In this document: in pieces, positions 62,367 through 64,000 of the stretch
Position numbering within the stretch: position 1 is the first letter of the stretch
Layout of the letters: every line of letters begins with the position of its first letter
DNA from: an uncultured Gemmatimonadales bacterium
Lineage (GTDB): Bacteria; Gemmatimonadota; Gemmatimonadetes; Gemmatimonadales; GWC2-71-9
Length of the DNA stretch: 64,000 bases
NCBI GenBank assembly: GCA_963842945.1
Contig: CAWJIM010000024.1
Span: 352,001-416,000, forward strand
Direction: 5' to 3'
Program-made: the position numbers and the translations under genes
The notes under the pieces: generated by a model
The model's database searches: none
Seen by the model: only the letters and a program-made list of their open reading frames with translations
Told to the model about the DNA's origin: nothing

Positions 62367-64000
62367 GCCTCACTCTCCACCAGTTGCTGCTCCCGCTTGT
62401 CCCGTCCCCTGGGCCAGCCCCACCCGAGCAGGGCCAGCAGGAACAGGGGCGTTCCTATTACGGCGCCCCAGGGCGTGAAGATCAGGGTCACGAAAAGAAT
62501 CGTGGTGGCGATCGCGGTCAGCAGCGGCCAGATGCTGGGGTTGGGGTGCCGGTGCTTGCTGTCCGGCTCCGCATCCAGCAGGGTGGTGACCAGCGTATCC
62601 CGCACATCGGTTCGCAGACCGGTGACCACCGGCATCTCCCCGGTGTTGTCCCACAGGGGGGAGCGGCTCTCCACCACCGGCGGATACTCGAAGTTGTAGT
62701 GCGGGGGCGGCGAGGTGGTGGCCCACTCCAGCGTCTCTCCGCCCCAGGGATCGTCGCCCGCCAGCAGTCCGCCGCGGTAACTCCGGATGACATTGATCAC
62801 GAAGATCAGCATGCTGATGGCGATCGTCACTGCGCCGATGGTGGCCAGCAGGTTCAGATCGCCCCAGCCGGTCTCCGGCAGATAGGTATAGACCCGGCGC
62901 GGCATGCCTTCGAACCCAAGCTGGTGCATGGGGAAGAAGGTGAGGTTCATGCCGATGAAGAACAGCCAGAAATTCCACCGGCCCAGCCGCTCGCTCAGCA
63001 TCCGGCCGGTCACTTTGGGGAACCAGTAGTAGAAGGCGCCGAACAGGGGGAAGACGGCGCCGCCGATCAGGACGTAGTGGAAGTGGGCCACGATGAAGTA
63101 GGAGTCATGCACCTGCTGGTCGAACGCCACCGAGGCGACCATCACCCCGGTGAACCCGCCGATGATGAAGAGCACGACGAATCCCAGCACGAACAGAAAC
63201 GGCACCGTGAACCGGGGCCGCCCCGACCAGATCGTGGCGATCCAGCAGAAGATCTGGATCCCGCTCGGGATGGCGATCATCATGCTGGCGCCGGTGAAGA
63301 AGCTCTCGCCCAGCTGGGGCAGCCCGGTGGCGAACATGTGGTGGACCCAGAGACCGAACCCGAGGAAGCCGGTCGCGATCATCGAGAGCACCATGACCGG
63401 ATAGCCGAACACCGGCCGGCGGGTGAACGTGGCGATGATCGACGACACGAAACCCAGCGCCGGAATGAAGATGATGTAGACCTCGGGATGGCCGAAGAAC
63501 CAGAACAGGTGCTGCCAGAGGATGGCGTCGCCACCTTCGGCCGGATTGAAGAAGTGGGTGCGCGATCAGGCGGTCCATCGCCAGGAACTGCGTCGCGGTG
63601 GCCACCCAGGGCATGGCGAACAGGATCATGAAGGCCTGCACCAGCATGGCCCAGACGAAGAGCGGCATCCGGTTGAGCGTCATGCCGGGCGCCCGGTTCT
63701 TGAAGATGGTGACGATCAGCTCGACCGAGCCGACCAGCGACGGCGATCTCGGTGAAGGTGATCGCCTGGGCATACACATCGGCCCGCTTGCCCGGGCTGA
63801 ACTCCGGTCCCGACAGGGGCACGTACCCGAACCAGCCCACGTCGGGACCGGTGTTCATGAAAAACATCAGGTAGAGGAAGATGCCGCCGCAGAGATAGAC
63901 CCAGTACCCGTAGGCGTTGAGCCTGGGGAAGGCCACGTTGCGGGCGCCGATCATCAGCGGAACGAAGTAGAGTCCCATTGCCTCCATGATCGGAACGGCA
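62363..64000 (-). CDS. ctaD: Cytochrome c oxidase subunit I, A1 type (5' part outside window; frameshifts)
   Basis: AFPRLNA, LFWFFGHPEVY, WVHHMF, VAHFHYV and GMPRR motifs. Confidence 0.92.

Overview
A GC-rich bacterial chromosomal window. Its gene content (Hanks kinases, M66 peptidase, Kelch and HEAT lipoproteins) suggests Gemmatimonadota, which is an inference. About 20 genes, including sdhA, sdhB, ctaD and mmsA, are split by single-base indels, so most frameshifts are probably long-read consensus errors. From left to right: a coupled operon (ABC substrate-binding protein, GHMP kinase, heparinase II/III-like protein, class III aminotransferase) divergent from two ABC permeases; assorted enzymes; a five-gene unit (membrane Ser/Thr kinase, Npt-like translocase, lipoprotein metallophosphoesterase, kinase-like domain fused to an Omp85 barrel, Npt-HEAT); mmsA plus an aminotransferase; a radical SAM-HhH gene with a clear sigma70 promoter and a candidate LexA box; OmpA; an RND pump with an ArsR regulator and twin operators; a di-heme protein; a mycobacterial Sdh1-type succinate dehydrogenase; a sulfatase; MarR; an accessory region with decayed genes; five tRNAs; and an NRAMP/PRC-barrel/CtaG-cytochrome c/cytochrome c oxidase cluster. 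Top finding 1 is an outer-membrane beta-barrel gene (48088-49158) with an in-frame TGA right after the signal peptide, followed by a SECIS-like hairpin, making it a candidate selenoprotein. Top finding 2 is the Npt/phosphoesterase/kinase-Omp85 unit, a candidate system for ATP-fuelled phosphorylation outside the cytoplasm. Heptamer repeat elements are scattered through operon junctions. No CRISPR array, rRNA or intact mobile element was seen.
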